A stretch of DNA of 29,681 nt, taken from NCBI RefSeq assembly GCF_004010195.1, contig NC_057719.1, positions 7,721,028 to 7,750,708 on the forward strand, in the 5' to 3' direction. The notes under the pieces were generated by a model, which saw only the letters and a list, made by a program, of their open reading frames with translations, was not told where the DNA came from and did not search any database. This DNA is from Chiloscyllium plagiosum (taxonomy: Eukaryota). Both the position numbers and the translations under genes were made by a program. This document shows, piece after piece, positions 11,424-22,908 of the stretch (position 1 is the first letter of the stretch; each line of letters starts with the position of its first letter).

Positions 11424-11815
11424 TATAAGACATAGGAACAGAAATAGGCCATTCAGCCCATTGAGGAGGAGAAAGTGAGGACTGCAGATGCTGGAGATCA
11501 GAGCTTAAAAATGTGTTGCTGGAAAAGTGCAGCAGGTCAGGCAGCATCAAAGGAGAAGGAGAATCGACGTTTCGGGCATAAGCCTTCTTCAGGAATGATC
11601 GGCCTCCGGAAGCGCTCGGGCACCATTAACCACGCGGCCGCTGCGCTTTTCCAGCAACACATTTTAAGCATTCAGCCCATCGAGTCTGCTCTGCCATTCC
11701 AGAAGATCATGGCTGATCTGATAATCGTCAACTCCTCAAAATCCCCATAACCCTTGATTCCCTTCCTGACTAAAACTCTGTTTGTCTCAGCCTTGAGTAC
11801 AATTAATGACTTAAT
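11424..11815 (-). mobile_element. CR1 3' tail, split by a fold-back insertion
   Basis: ataagacataggaacagaaataggccattcagccc...atcatggctgatct, the same tail type as 3760-3900. Confidence 0.75.
11466..11668 (-). mobile_element. Short fold-back Penelope-type element with hammerhead motif (11562-11596) and 16-bp TSD
   Basis: TSD CATTCAGCCCAT(T/C)GAG at 11450-11465 and 11669-11684. Inverted arms at 11503-11533 and 11640-11669. Minus strand reads attc-CTGAAGA-A-GGC(ttat)GCCC-GAAA-C-GTC-gatt. Confidence 0.8.
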
Positions 11816-11901
11816 GAGAGGCTGTGACTTTAATTTCCTGACCTCTGCTCATTTCACATTTGGCTTTTCTCTGGAAGCTAGGGATCACCTCAACTTTTTT
11901 T

Positions 11902-12185
11902 GAACATAGAACAGGACAGCACAGGAACAGACCCTTCAGCCCATCATGTCTGTGCCAACCATAATGCTATTCTAATTTCCCATCTGCCTGCACATGGTCC
12001 ATATCCCTCTATTCTCCAAACGTTCATGTGTCTGTCTAAATAATTCTTCAGCTTTGCTTTCATATCTGCCTCTACCACCTCACCTGGCAGCATATTCCAG
12101 GCACCTACCACCCTCTGTGTAAAAGCATTTCTTGCACATCTCCTTTAAACTTCCCCTTTCTCTCTTTAAAACTTATGCCCCATAG
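11902..12185 (-). mobile_element. CR1 LINE 3' end
   Basis: gaacatagaaca tail. The minus strand encodes FKGDVQE..FTQRVVGAWNMLPGEVVEA. Confidence 0.85.
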
Positions 12186-13154
12186 TATTTGAATTGAGTG
12201 GCGCACTGGGCTATTTCAAAGGGCATTTGCGAGTCAGATACATTGCCTATCAGCTTCACACTTCCTGCAATCTGAAGTATGCAGAAATGATGCTGGAACC
12301 AGGTGTTAAAAAAGTCAATGCATCCTCGGGTAACTTTGATGAGAATTTCTTGAAAGAGTATCTTTGGGCTACAGAGCTGAGGTCCATAACTTGACAATGG
12401 AGCTTTATCAGTTTGAAAAAAGGTAGCGCTGATCATTCTTCTCAGGATCACGCATTGGAAATGATGGTTCAAATGTTGAATTCGGGTGAAGTGGTTCAAG
12501 GGTAGACGTCAACTGGATCAGGATGAGCTGATATAACTTCAAATACACAAGCTCAGTCATAGAATCATACTGCTCAGAAAGTGGCCATTCAGTTCCTCAG
12601 GCCTGGGCGACTCTTTGTAAGAGTTATCCAATTACTTTTGGCAATTAGTTCCAATGATTTATTTCCTCTTCAAGTATTTATCCAGAAAGTTATTACTGAA
12701 TCTGATTACATTTGAAGTCAATGGTACTACTATGCAGAGCACCTAACATATACGTGCAAAATCAGAATATATATTGAGCAAAACAGTTCATAATCTGGAG
12801 CTCACAATTCAACAGCTAGCTGTAATCACTATAACTACAAATGAAAACAACTTCATCCTGAAGTCAAGGCAGGACTTTACTCCAGATTACTGTGATAATT
12901 TACCTTAAATGACCTACGAGAACAATTCAAGTTCTTTACGTTGTGAGACAAGGAACAAAACCTCACAAACACTCTCCATGAAAAGTGTAGCAACACAAAA
13001 AGGAACTGCTTTGGAATGTGAGACCTGATTTACTGAGAAGCTGTCATTTTTCCAGAGTACGGGAGCAGGAAAAGGGATGGGGAGACATAGGAAGTACAGG
13101 TGACATTTATGGATCAAACATGGTTAACAGAGACACACAGATTGTGCGGCATCA

Positions 13155-13250
13155 AAAATTCTGAAGGAGGGTCACTCGACCCGTTTCCTGATTTGTCTCC
13201 ACAGGTGTTGCCAGACCTGCTGAGCTTTTCCAGCAAATTCTGTTTTGGTT
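13155..13250 (+). mobile_element. Degenerate fragment of the hammerhead-bearing repeat family
   Basis: ctgaaggaGGGTCactcGACCCg (GAAA lost) followed by gccagacctgctgagcttttccagca. Confidence 0.65.
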
Positions 13251-13984
13251 GTACAAGCTCTCTGGGGATCAATAGGGTATCTTCGGCTCACTGCACAAAT
13301 ACTAATGTATGCATTACAAAAGTCATGTGAGCAGGCACAGGAAGCTGCACATGTACAGATGGTCAAGTTATACACCATGAATGACAGCTCATGTTGGCAA
13401 CAGACAATCTGATTGAATCTTTTTTAATTTTTGAAAAGTGCATTTCCTATCACAACAACTCACTGTATAAAAATGTTTTCTCCTGTGGACCATGTTTCTC
13501 CTACCGTATAGATATTTGTGGTAATTTGAAATTTTCCAAAAGAGTAAAAGAGTTAAAGAGTAAAAGAATATTAATATAAATAATATCCTGATCATCAGCA
13601 GAAAGTTTTGCCATTGAAGTAACAGCATTATTTGAATATTTTGGCAGTCACTTCGCAAGCAAACTTCATTTACACGCGTGCCAAAATAAATAACACATGT
13701 TTCCATTTTTTCGGAAAGCAGCAGAATTTTTGAGCCACTGCCTACAGGTTATGTGAGTAATTTCCAGTGTACAATATCATACTAGCTCCAGGCTTTGGGC
13801 CATTATTAACCACATTGGCAATCCTTGCACGAGTATCAAGACAAAAGCAAAATGCTGCAGATTCTGGCAATCTGAAATGAAAATAGAAAATACAGGTCAG
13901 GCAGCAGCTGAGAAGAGAAAGAGTTAGTATTTCAAGTTGCTGACCTCTCTGAAGGTGAGCAATGTTGACTTCAAACCCAAAACC

Positions 13985-15215
13985 AGAAGAAATAGGAATA
14001 CAAATAGTCTGCTCCTCTCCTTTCCCCATAACCTTTGATTCCCTTGGTGAGCATGAATCTACCTATCTCAACCTTAAATTTGCAGAAGGATTCTGCCCCC
14101 ACAGCTCTCTGTAGGCAAGCAGGAGGTTGGAAGAACACAGCAAGCCAGGCAGCATCTGGAGGTGGAGAAGTGAACATTTCGGGTGTAACCCTTCTTCAGG
14201 ACTGGTCCTGACACGGGGACTTCTCCGCCTCCTGGTGCTGCCTGGCTTGATGTGTTCTTCCAGCCTCGTGCTTGTCTACCTTGGATTCCAACATTTGCAG
14301 TTTTTTTGTCTCTAACCACAGCTATCTGTGGCAAGGAGTTCCAAAAATTCACACTTTCTGAGAGAAGAAATTCCTCCTCCTCTCAGTCTTAAATTGGCAC
14401 CCCTTCATTCTGAGACAATGCACTCTGGCGCTAGGCTCTCCCATGAGGGGAACATCCTCTCAGCATCTACCCTGGCAAACCCCTTAAAAATCTAATATTT
14501 TTCACCGGCATCGCCTCCCACTCTTCTGAACACCAATGAGTAGAGCTCCAACCTCTATCATCTTTTCTCATTGGATAAACTTTCCGCATCCTAGTGAGAT
14601 CATCCTAGTGAAGCTTAATTGAACCGCCACCAATGAATCAATAAGGGGATCAAAACTGCTCGCAGTACACTAGATATGGTCTCAGCTGCACCTTGCACAG
14701 TTGCAGCAAGATGGCCCTACTCTTATACTCCATGTCCACTTGAAATAAGGGCCAGCATTCCACTCTCCTTCCTGATTACCTGCTGCACCTGAGCTAGCTT
14801 TCTGTGTTTCTTGCACAAGTACCCCTAAATCCATTTGTGTTGTAGCTTTCTGCAGTTTTTCGCTGTTTGAGTAATTTTTTTTTTCTGCCTTCCAAAATGA
14901 ACAACTTCACATTTCACATTTTCTCACATTGTACTCCATTTGCTGAATTTTGTCCCATTCATTTAACCTATCAATGTCTGTCTGCATCCCTCTTAACACC
15001 TGCCTTACCACCTATTTTTGTGTCATTTCCAAAATGTGGCTACAATACATTGACTTCCTTCACATTAATATATACTGTAAACAGTTGTCGTTCCAGCACT
15101 GATCCCCGTGGATCCCCACTGGTCACAGGTTGCCAGCCTGAAAAAGAACGCCTTCTCCCCACTCACTGTTTCCTGCCCGTTAGCCAATTCGCTATCCATG
15201 CCAAAGTACTACTTC
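13985..15215 (-). mobile_element. Degenerate CR1 LINE (RT to 3' end)
   Basis: WIANWLTGRKQ, PRGSVL and FKVEIGRF motifs. It is interrupted at 14113-14315. Confidence 0.85.
14113..14315. mobile_element. Short fold-back Penelope-type element with hammerhead motif (14169-14203, minus) and 14-bp TSD
   Basis: TSD CCACAGCT(C/A)TCTGT at 14099-14112 and 14316-14329. The 61-bp inverted arms at 14111-14171 and 14219-14279 match at 54/61 by hand. Minus strand reads agtc-CTGAAGA-A-GGGT(tac)ACCC-GAAA-tGTT-cact. Confidence 0.8.
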
Positions 15216-15346
15216 CAACGACAAGATGGCGATTAACACATCTGCAAGTCCACTCAAGCTGAATTATCAGATGCACCAAAGAGGGCTGTTTTAAAAGCAA
15301 AACCCTACAGATGCCGCAAGTCTGAAATAAATACAGAAAATTCTGT

Positions 15347-15659
15347 GGGCGGCACGGTGGCCCAGTGGTTAGCACTGCTGCCTCACAGCGCCAGAGACTG
15401 GGGTTCAATTCCTGTCTCGGGCGACTGACTGTGTGGAGTTTGCACGTTCTCCCCATGTCTGCGTGGGTTTCCTCCGGGTGCTCCGGTTTCCTCCCACAGT
15501 CCAAAGATGTGCAGGTTAGGTGAATTGGCCATACTAAATTGCCCGTAGTGTTAGGTTAGGGGTATGGGTGGGTTGCGCTTCGGCGGGTCGGTGTGGACTT
15601 GTTGGGCCGAAGGGCCTGTTTGCACACTGTAATGTAAACTAAAATCTAAAATCTAATCT
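15347..15659 (+). mobile_element. HE1 (V-SINE), full length and little diverged
   Basis: A box TGGCCCAGTGG, B box GGTTCAATTCC, V-domain and tail, with many CpGs retained. Candidate TSD AAAAT(T/G)CTG at 15337-15345 and 15660-15668. Confidence 0.95.
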
Positions 15660-15759
15660 AAAATGCTGGGAATCTTTATCGGGTTCGCAACATCACTTGA
15701 GAGAGAAACAAACTGAATGTTTTGAGTAAATATAACTGTTCTTCAGATCTCACAGCACA

Positions 15760-17825
15760 TTCCCTACGCAACTACTACTATCAAGCCAGGGATCAGCTCT
15801 GATTCAATGGAGCGCTTGTCAGGAAGAGCACCAGTGTATACCCAAACACAAAGTGGTGTCAACCTGGTGAAGTGACCAAACAGGACTACTTCCATGCCAA
15901 ACAGCATAAGCAGCAAGTGATAGACAGAGCTAAGTGATCCCACAACCAACAGATCACTCTAAGCTGTGCAATCCTTCCACATCTAGTTGTGAATAGCAAT
16001 GGAATTAAGTAACTCACCAGAAAAGAAGGCTCCACAAATATCCCCATTGTCAATGATGGAAGAGCCCAGCATGTCAGTGCAAAAGATAAGGCTGATGCAT
16101 TTGCAACAATCTTCAACAAGAAGTACCGAGTGGATGATCCATCTCAGCCTCCTCCAGTTGTCCCCAGCATCACAGATACTAGCCTTCCACCAATTTGAGT
16201 CAGTCCACACGATATCAAATATATGGCTGGAGCCAATGGACAATCTAAAGGCTATGGGTCCTGACAACATTCTGGCAATAGCTTTCCAGTGCACTTACAA
16301 CACTGGCATCTACCCAACAATGTGGAAAATTGCCCAGATATGTCCAAATACAAAAAATAGGACGAATACAAACTGGCCAATTACCAGTAAAGTGATAGAA
16401 GGGGTCATCAACAATCCTATCAAGCATCACCTGCTCAGCAATAACCTGCTCGGTGATGCCAAGTCTGGGTTCCGTCAGAGCCACTCAGCTCCTGACCGCA
16501 CTACAGCCTCAGTTCAAACATGGATTAAAGCATTGAGTTTCAGAGGTGAGGTGAGAGACATCAAGGCCACATTCGACCAAGTGTGGCATCAAGGAGTCTG
16601 AGGAAAACTGGAAGCAATGGGTATCGGGGGCATACTCTCCAGTGGTTGGAGTCATACCTGGCACATAGAAAGATGGTTGTGGTTGCTTGTAGTCAGTCAT
16701 TTCAGCTCCAGGACATCTCAACAGCAGTTCCTCAGGGTAGTGTCCTAGGCCCAATCATCTTCAGCTGTTTCATCAATGACCCCCCCCCCCCCATCATAAA
16801 GTCTGATTGTTGCTGATTATTGCACAATGTTCAGCAGCATTTGCAATTCCTGAGATACTGAAGCAGTCAATCTTCAAATACAGCAAGACCTGGAGAATAT
16901 CTAGGTATGGATTGAGAAGTGATAAGTGGCATTCACGTCATACAAGCGCAAGGCAACAACCATCTCCAACAAGAGAGAATCTAACTATTATGCTTTGTCA
17001 TTGATAGCATTATCATCGCTGACTCCCCCACTATCAACATCCTGGAGCTGACCATTGATTAGGAACTGAATTGGACTAGCCATACAAAAATAGTGGCTCC
17101 AAAGCAGATTGGAGGCTAGGAATCCTGCAGCGAGTAACTCACCTCCTGGCTCCCCAAAGTCTGTCCACAATCTTCAAGGCACAAGTCAGGAGTGTGATGG
17201 AATACTCTCCACTGTTCTGGGTGGGGGCATCTCCAACAAATCTCAAGAAGCTTGACACCATCCAGGACAAAGCAGCCCGCTTGATTGGCACCGCATCCAC
17301 AAACATCCACCCCCTCCACCAGGACGCAGCAGCAGTGTGTACAAGATGCACTTTAAAGGAAGATTTTGAGGAAGGGTCATTCGACCGGAAACATTAACTC
17401 TGATTTCTCTCCATAGATGCTACCAGACCTGCTGAGCTTTTCCAGAAATTTCTTTTTTTTGTTTCTGATTTACAGCATCCACAATTCTTAGGTTTATATT
17501 TACACTTCAGAAATCCACCAAAGATCCTCAGACAACACCTTCCAAACCCACATACATTACCATCTAGAAGGAAAGGGCAGCAGATACATGGAAACACCAC
17601 CACCTGCAAGTTCCCTCCAAGCCACTCACGACTTTGACTTGGAAATATATCGCCATTCCTCCAGTGTAGCAGAACCTAATTCCTGGAATTCCCTCCCTAA
17701 TAGCATTGTGGCTCTACCTATAGCACATGGACTGCAGTGGTTCAAGAAGGCAGCTCACCACCACCTTCTCAAGGGCAAATGGAGATGGATAGTACATACT
17801 GGCCGAGTCAGAGAAACCCACATGG
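15760..17825 (+). mobile_element. Degenerate non-LTR retrotransposon (CR1/L2 group, family distinct from the HER1-like CR1s)
   Basis: KAMGPDNI, GIYPTMWKIAQ, GFRQSHS, DIKATFDQVWH, VPQGSVLGPIIFSCFIND, MEYSPL.W and SWNSLP motifs, with many frameshifts. Confidence 0.88.
17362..17500 (+). mobile_element. Hammerhead-bearing repeat fragment nested in the LINE
   Basis: tTGAGGA-A-GGGTC(attc)GACCg-GAAA-caTT-AACT plus the family tail, the same family as 7716-7850. Confidence 0.7.
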
Positions 17826-18897
17826 AAGACTGGTTAGCAAGGTTAGATCCCATGGAATACAGGGAGAATGAGCTGTTTAGATACAGAACTGGCTCAAAGG
17901 TGATGGTGGAGGGTTGTTTTTCAGATCGGAGGCCTGCGACCAGTGGAGGGCCACAAGGATTGCCACAAGGATGTGAGCATAAGAGATAGTTAGTAAGTTT
18001 GCAGATGACACTAAAATTGGAGGTATAGTGGACAGTGAAGAAGGTTACCTCAGATTATAACAGGATCTTGATCAGATGAGCCCAATGGGCTGAGCAGTGG
18101 CAGATGGAGTTTAATTTAGATAAATGGGAGGTGCTGCATTTTGGGAAAGCAAATCTTAGCCGGACTGATACACTTAATTTACAAGGTCCTAGGGAGTGTT
18201 GCTGAACAAATAGATCTTAGAGTGCAGGTTCATAGCTCTTTGAAAGTGGAGTCGCAGGTAGATAGGATAGTGAAGAAGGCGTTTGGTATTCTTTCCGTTA
18301 TTGGTCAGAGTATTAAGTACAGGAGTTGGGAGGTCATGTTGCGACTGTACAGGTCATTAGTTAGGCCACTTTTGGAATATTGCATACAATTCTGGTCTCC
18401 TTCCTATCAGAAGGATGTTGTGAAACTTGAAAGGGTTCAGAAAATATTTACAAGGATGTTGCCAGAGTGGAGGATTTGAGCTATAGGGAGAGGCTGAACA
18501 GGCTGGGGCTGTTTTCCCTGGAACATCGGAGGCTGAGGTTTACAAAATTATGAGGGGCATGGATAGGGTAAATAGACAAAGTCTTTTCCTTGGGGTCGGG
18601 GAGTCCAGAACTAGAGGGTATAGGTTTAGGGTGAGAGGGGAAAGATATAAAAGAGACCTAAGGGGCAACTTTTTCATGCACAGGGTGGTGCGTCTATGGA
18701 ATGGGCTGCCAGAGGAAGTGGTGGAGGCTGGTACAATTGCAACATTTAAAAGGCATTTGGATGGGTATATCAATAGGATGGGTTTGGAGGGATATGGGCC
18801 GGGTGCTGGTAGGTGGGACTAGATTGGGTTGGGATATCTGGTCGGCATGGATGGTCTGTTTCTGTGCTGTATAGCTCTAATGACTCTATGACTCTGT
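17826..18897 (+). mobile_element. CR1 (HER1-like) LINE, RT to 3' end
   Basis: SKFADDTKIGG, LVRPLLEYCIQFWSP and WNGLPEEVVEAGT motifs, with tail tgactctatgactct. Confidence 0.92.
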
Positions 18898-19279
18898 GAT
18901 TGAGCAAATTAAATATTGCATTTTAAAGTAAGAATGGTATATTATTTATAGTATTAATATAATTTTAATACAATTTTACACTTCTTTTACCATTTCATTC
19001 AACACTTCTGTTATCTGCTGAATTTGTATGTTTTTTTTATTTATGATAGTTATATGTTTTCCATGTGATTACTTACACTGTACATACATTTTCCTATGTT
19101 AATCACAATGCAATTTAGTCTTAGGCTGTAGATTTGTTTCCTGAATAAAATACCTTTGTTATTATTTTTATAAATATCATTGTCTACTCTCTGCAAACAT
19201 TATGAGTTTAAAGATCACTTTGGGGGACCCATAGTCTCAAGTGACACAGAGCTTTTTGCAGAAATCAAGGTTCTCTTCC

Positions 19280-19505
19280 GAAGGAAATTAAAAAATCCTC
19301 TGATGCTATTCTGAAAGAGAACTGGGAAAGTGCCCCATGTCCAGGTCAATATTTATTCCTCAATCAATGTCACTGAAGAAGCTTATCTGGCCATTGGTTA
19401 TTGTAAGTTGTTGACTAGTGATTATAAATTGTCTGTTACATTTCCTACAGCCCAATACAGTAATGAGTACATTGCAAAAGTCCTTCAGTGGCTGTAAAAT
19501 GCTTT
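19280..19505 (+). mobile_element. Deu-domain SINE fragment
   Basis: tgtccaggtcaatatttattcctcaatcaatgtcactgaa...ttatctggccatt...tttcctaca...caaaagtccttcagtggctgtaaaatgcttt. Confidence 0.65.
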
Positions 19506-19654
19506 TTTTTACAGAATTGATTTAAAATGCTTTTCCCATTTTGGCATATATTTCAAATGTTGATTTACTGACGTGGTGCAATATCTAAGTTGAGTGAACT
19601 GAATGCATTGGTTTTAGATTCCGTCTTTGGGGTATAAACATCAAAGTAACTAGC

Positions 19655-19790
19655 TATTGATCTGTTAATTGTGAAACATGCTGATCGAAATTTGACTGTC
19701 CTGTTTGTCTACATTACAGCTGTGAGTACACTTTGAAATTAATCCAGTGGACTGCAAAGTGCTTCGGGATGTTAACAATCATTGCTAAGT
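19655..19790 (+). mobile_element. Deu-domain SINE 3' fragment, highly diverged
   Basis: ctacattacagctgtgagtacactttgaaa...cagtggactgcaaagtgcttcgggatgt parallels 19440-19505 and 530-600. Confidence 0.5.
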
Positions 19791-19999
19791 TCAAATGTTC
19801 ACTTTAGATAAGAATCATGAGCACTCCCCAGTGATCTGTAGTTATAGAGACATCTTTAGTAGTGGCATGCTCTAAGGCAGCACGGGTATGGGTAAACAGA
19901 GCAAAGAATACAAATGTACTTAACAGCTCAGCTTCCCATCAGTGATGTCTTAGAGGCTGACTTGAGGTTTTAGTGTGGATCAGGTGGCTGTAGATTCTT

Positions 20000-20650
20000 A
20001 ATCTCTTTCCAAAGGTTGAAGGACATATTCCCAGCTGACACTTGACTGCAGAACTGAGGGAGTCCTTCTTTGTTGGTTATTTGTAAGAAATGATGTAAGA
20101 GTGAGTCCCCACTTGCCCGTTCAGGTGGGCATAAAACCCCACAAAGAACCCCTACAGTGTGGAAACAAGCCATTTGGTCCACACTGACCCTCTGAAGAGC
20201 ATCTCACCCAGATCCATCCCCCCTAACCTACTTTTCCCATGGCTAACCCACCTAGCCTGCACACCATGGGCAATTTAGCACAGCCAATCCACCTAAGCTG
20301 TGCATTTTTGGACTTTGGAAGGAACCCCTCACAGACACAGGAAGAATGTGCAAACTCCACACAGTTGACTGAGAGTGGAATCGAACCCAGGTCTCTGGCA
20401 CTGTGAGGCAGCAGTCCTAACTACTGAGCGACCATGCTACATAACCACAATGAAGGAAAGCAGGGTAGCTTGCCCTCAGTGTTGGCTCTAATTTATCTCT
20501 CAACCAATAAAATGGCAATATACCACAAATGCTGGAAATCTAAAAGAAGCACTGATACTAATACAAGTGATCTGGTCATTTCACTTTGCTGCTTGTGGGA
20601 TCTTGCCATGCACAGATTGATACTCTTGCTTCCTACGTTACAGCAGCACG
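20000..20650 (+). mobile_element. Deu-domain SINE split by a HE1 SINE
   Basis: The 5' part (gctgacact...tgcagaactgagggagt...tcaggtgggcataaaa) resumes after the HE1 copy as atttatctctcaaccaa...atctggtcatttcactttgctgcttgtgggatcttgc. Confidence 0.65.
20143..20438 (-). mobile_element. HE1 (V-SINE), diverged
   Basis: Reverse-complement head, V-domain and tail. Confidence 0.88.
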
Positions 20651-21075
20651 ACATGAAGTTAAATGTAGGATCCTGAAAATGATTGCTACCAATGTGGTAC
20701 ACCAACAGTGAGAAACAGGAAGATAGGGCAGATCAATGATTGCCTTGAGACTTCGTGCAGAAGAGAAGGCTTCAGCTTCTCAGGGCACTGGGACTGATAA
20801 GAGTCATCTATTCAGGAGAGGTGGGTTAATCCTCAAAGGGACCTGAACCAATATCCTTGCACGGGGGTTCACATGTGTGATTGAGGTCCTGTAGAATAAA
20901 TAGGCAGGCCAATGGGCACCAGCTTACAGTAATAGAAAAGACAAACAAATGTATAGAGTGAGAGTATAAGTTTGTACTTGAAAATGAATATTAGATTAGA
21001 AGAGACTGAGAATGACTATGAGAAATGCAAACTCATAAATACAAATCATTGGTCAGACCACATTTGAGTACTGTG

Positions 21076-21484
21076 GATGTAGGTTTGCTCACTGAGCTGG
21101 GAGGTTCATTTCAGACATTTCGTCACTCTACTAGGTAACATCTTTAGTTGTCCTCTGGGCGAAGCACTGTTGATGATTCCTGCTTTCTATTTATATGTTT
21201 GGGTTTCTTTGGGATGGGGATGACTTTTCCTGTGGTGATGTCATTTCCTGTTCTTTTTCTCAGGGGTTGGTAGATGGGATCAACAAACACGTCGAGTTAG
21301 ACCCCATCTACCACCCCCTGGGAAAAGGACATCACCACAAGAAATCATCAACGGTGCTTCACCCGGAGACCCACTGAAGATGTTACCTAGTAGGGTGACA
21401 AAACGTCTGGAAATGAACCTTCCAGCACAGCGAGCAAACCTACATCCAGAACCTCAACCTGAGCTACAAATCTTCTCAAAATTA
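21076..21484. mobile_element. Fold-back element made of two inverted Penelope 3' ends, with two hammerhead motifs and a 10-bp TSD
   Basis: TSD GAGTACTGTG at 21066-21075 and 21485-21494. Both arms resemble 7180-7410. Hammerhead motifs lie at 21111-21150 (minus) and 21371-21410 (plus). Confidence 0.85.
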
Positions 21485-21751
21485 GAGTACTGTGTCCAGT
21501 TCTGGGCACCTTATTTAAGGAAGGATGTTAAAACCCTATGAGAGTGTGTAAAGGAGATTTACTGGAATGACACCAGAAATGAGGGATTTATTTCCCAAGA
21601 GGAGGTTGAGTTTTGCCCCTTCTCTGATAGGGCCATCAACATAATGATTGAGAAAGTTTTCTTGAAAACACTTTTCAAGCCCTTTACAGTATGGCAGTTC
21701 CAGTCTACATTTGCAAAGCTAAAATCCCCTGCTATTACAACCCTATTTTTC

Positions 21752-22095
21752 TTAAGGGGCATAGGTAAGGTAGATAGTCAAAGTCTTTTCCCATTTGAAA
21801 GGGAGTCCAAAACTAGAAGACATAGGTATAAGTTGCGAGGAGAAAGATTTAAAAGGCACCACAGGGGCAACTTTTTCACATAGAGGGTGGTGCATGTATG
21901 GAATGAGCTGCCAGAGGAAGTGGTATAATGGGTACAATTACGACATCTAAAAGACATTTGGACAGGTACATGCATAGGTAAGGTTTAGAGGGATATGGGC
22001 CGAGTGCAGGCAAATGGGACTAGTTCAGTTTAGGAAACTTGGTCAGCATGGATGAGTTGGGCCAAAGGGTCAGTTTCTGTGCTGAATGACTATGT
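21752..22095 (+). mobile_element. CR1 (HER1-like) 3' end preceded by an inverted APE fragment (21600-21750)
   Basis: Plus strand LRGIGKVDSQSLFP...RGNFFT. The adjacent minus-strand piece reads RVVIAGDFSFANVDWN. Confidence 0.8.
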
Positions 22096-22718
22096 GACAC
22101 AAAATTGGGGGTACCTTTCTTGGAGCAGGGCAGATTAAGACGTGACCATATTGAGAACAGAACTAAGGAGAATATTCGATTTCCACTAGTTGGTATGTTA
22201 GTAAGGCGTGGCCATAATTTCAAGATTGTCAGTAAGAGAGTGAGGAGAAACTTCTTCACTCAGAGAATTGTTCGGGTTTGGAATGCGCTGCCTGGAAGGT
22301 GGATTCCATAGGAGGTTTGAAACGGGAGCTTTATATATATTTGACAGTGATGAATTTAGAGAGCTACGAAGGTAGGTCGGGAGAACGGAATTAGTTAGGT
22401 AATTCTTTTGGGAGCTGGTACATTCATGATGGGTTGAATGTCCTCTTTCTGCACTATTCTATGATTCTATGGCAGCTCTAGGCTCTGAAATGCACAAAGT
22501 GTAGTGGGAAAGGTTAGTGAGTTGCAAACAAAGGTAGCTCTCTGTGAATATGGTGTAGCAACAACACCAGGCACTTGGCTTAAAATGAATGAGTACAGTA
22601 CTGGGTATTCACATTCAATGGTATAATGTGTTCATGAAATACAGTAAGGAGGAAAAAGAGTGTAGCTACAATCCTGATTAGCACTGGAACGTGAGGATGT
22701 CCTTTAAGGGGCAAGGAC

Positions 22719-22908
22719 AGGAAGTGGTGGAGGCTGGTACAATTGCAATATTTAAAAGGCATCTGGATGGGTATATAAATAGGAAGGGTTCAGAGGGATA
22801 TGGGCCAAGTGCTGGCAAATGGGACTAGATTAGTTTAGGATATCTAGTCAGCATGAACGAGTTGGACCGAAGGGGTTGTTTCTGTGCTGTACATCTCCTA
22901 TGACTCAA
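22719..22908 (+). mobile_element. CR1 (HER1-like) 3' tail
   Basis: Closely similar to 18713-18890 (EVVEAGTIA.FKRHLDGY). Confidence 0.88.

Larger units (their letters stand above)
21030..22470 (+). mobile_element. CR1 3' fragment hosting two nested insertions
   Basis: YKSLVRPH.EYCVQFWAPYLRKDV is split at 21075/21495 and resumes near 22100 (LEQGRLRRD, RRNFFTQRIVRVWNALP). Confidence 0.7.

Noticed and set aside
12190..12540. Extra exon or nested gene (ORFs 12173-12499 and 12194-12394)
   Set aside because: There is no LRR pattern or convincing splice pair. It looks like a SINE scrap plus a very old RT remnant, too weak to annotate.
15347..15420. tRNA gene
   Set aside because: The A and B boxes belong to the HE1 SINE head, which runs on into the V-domain.
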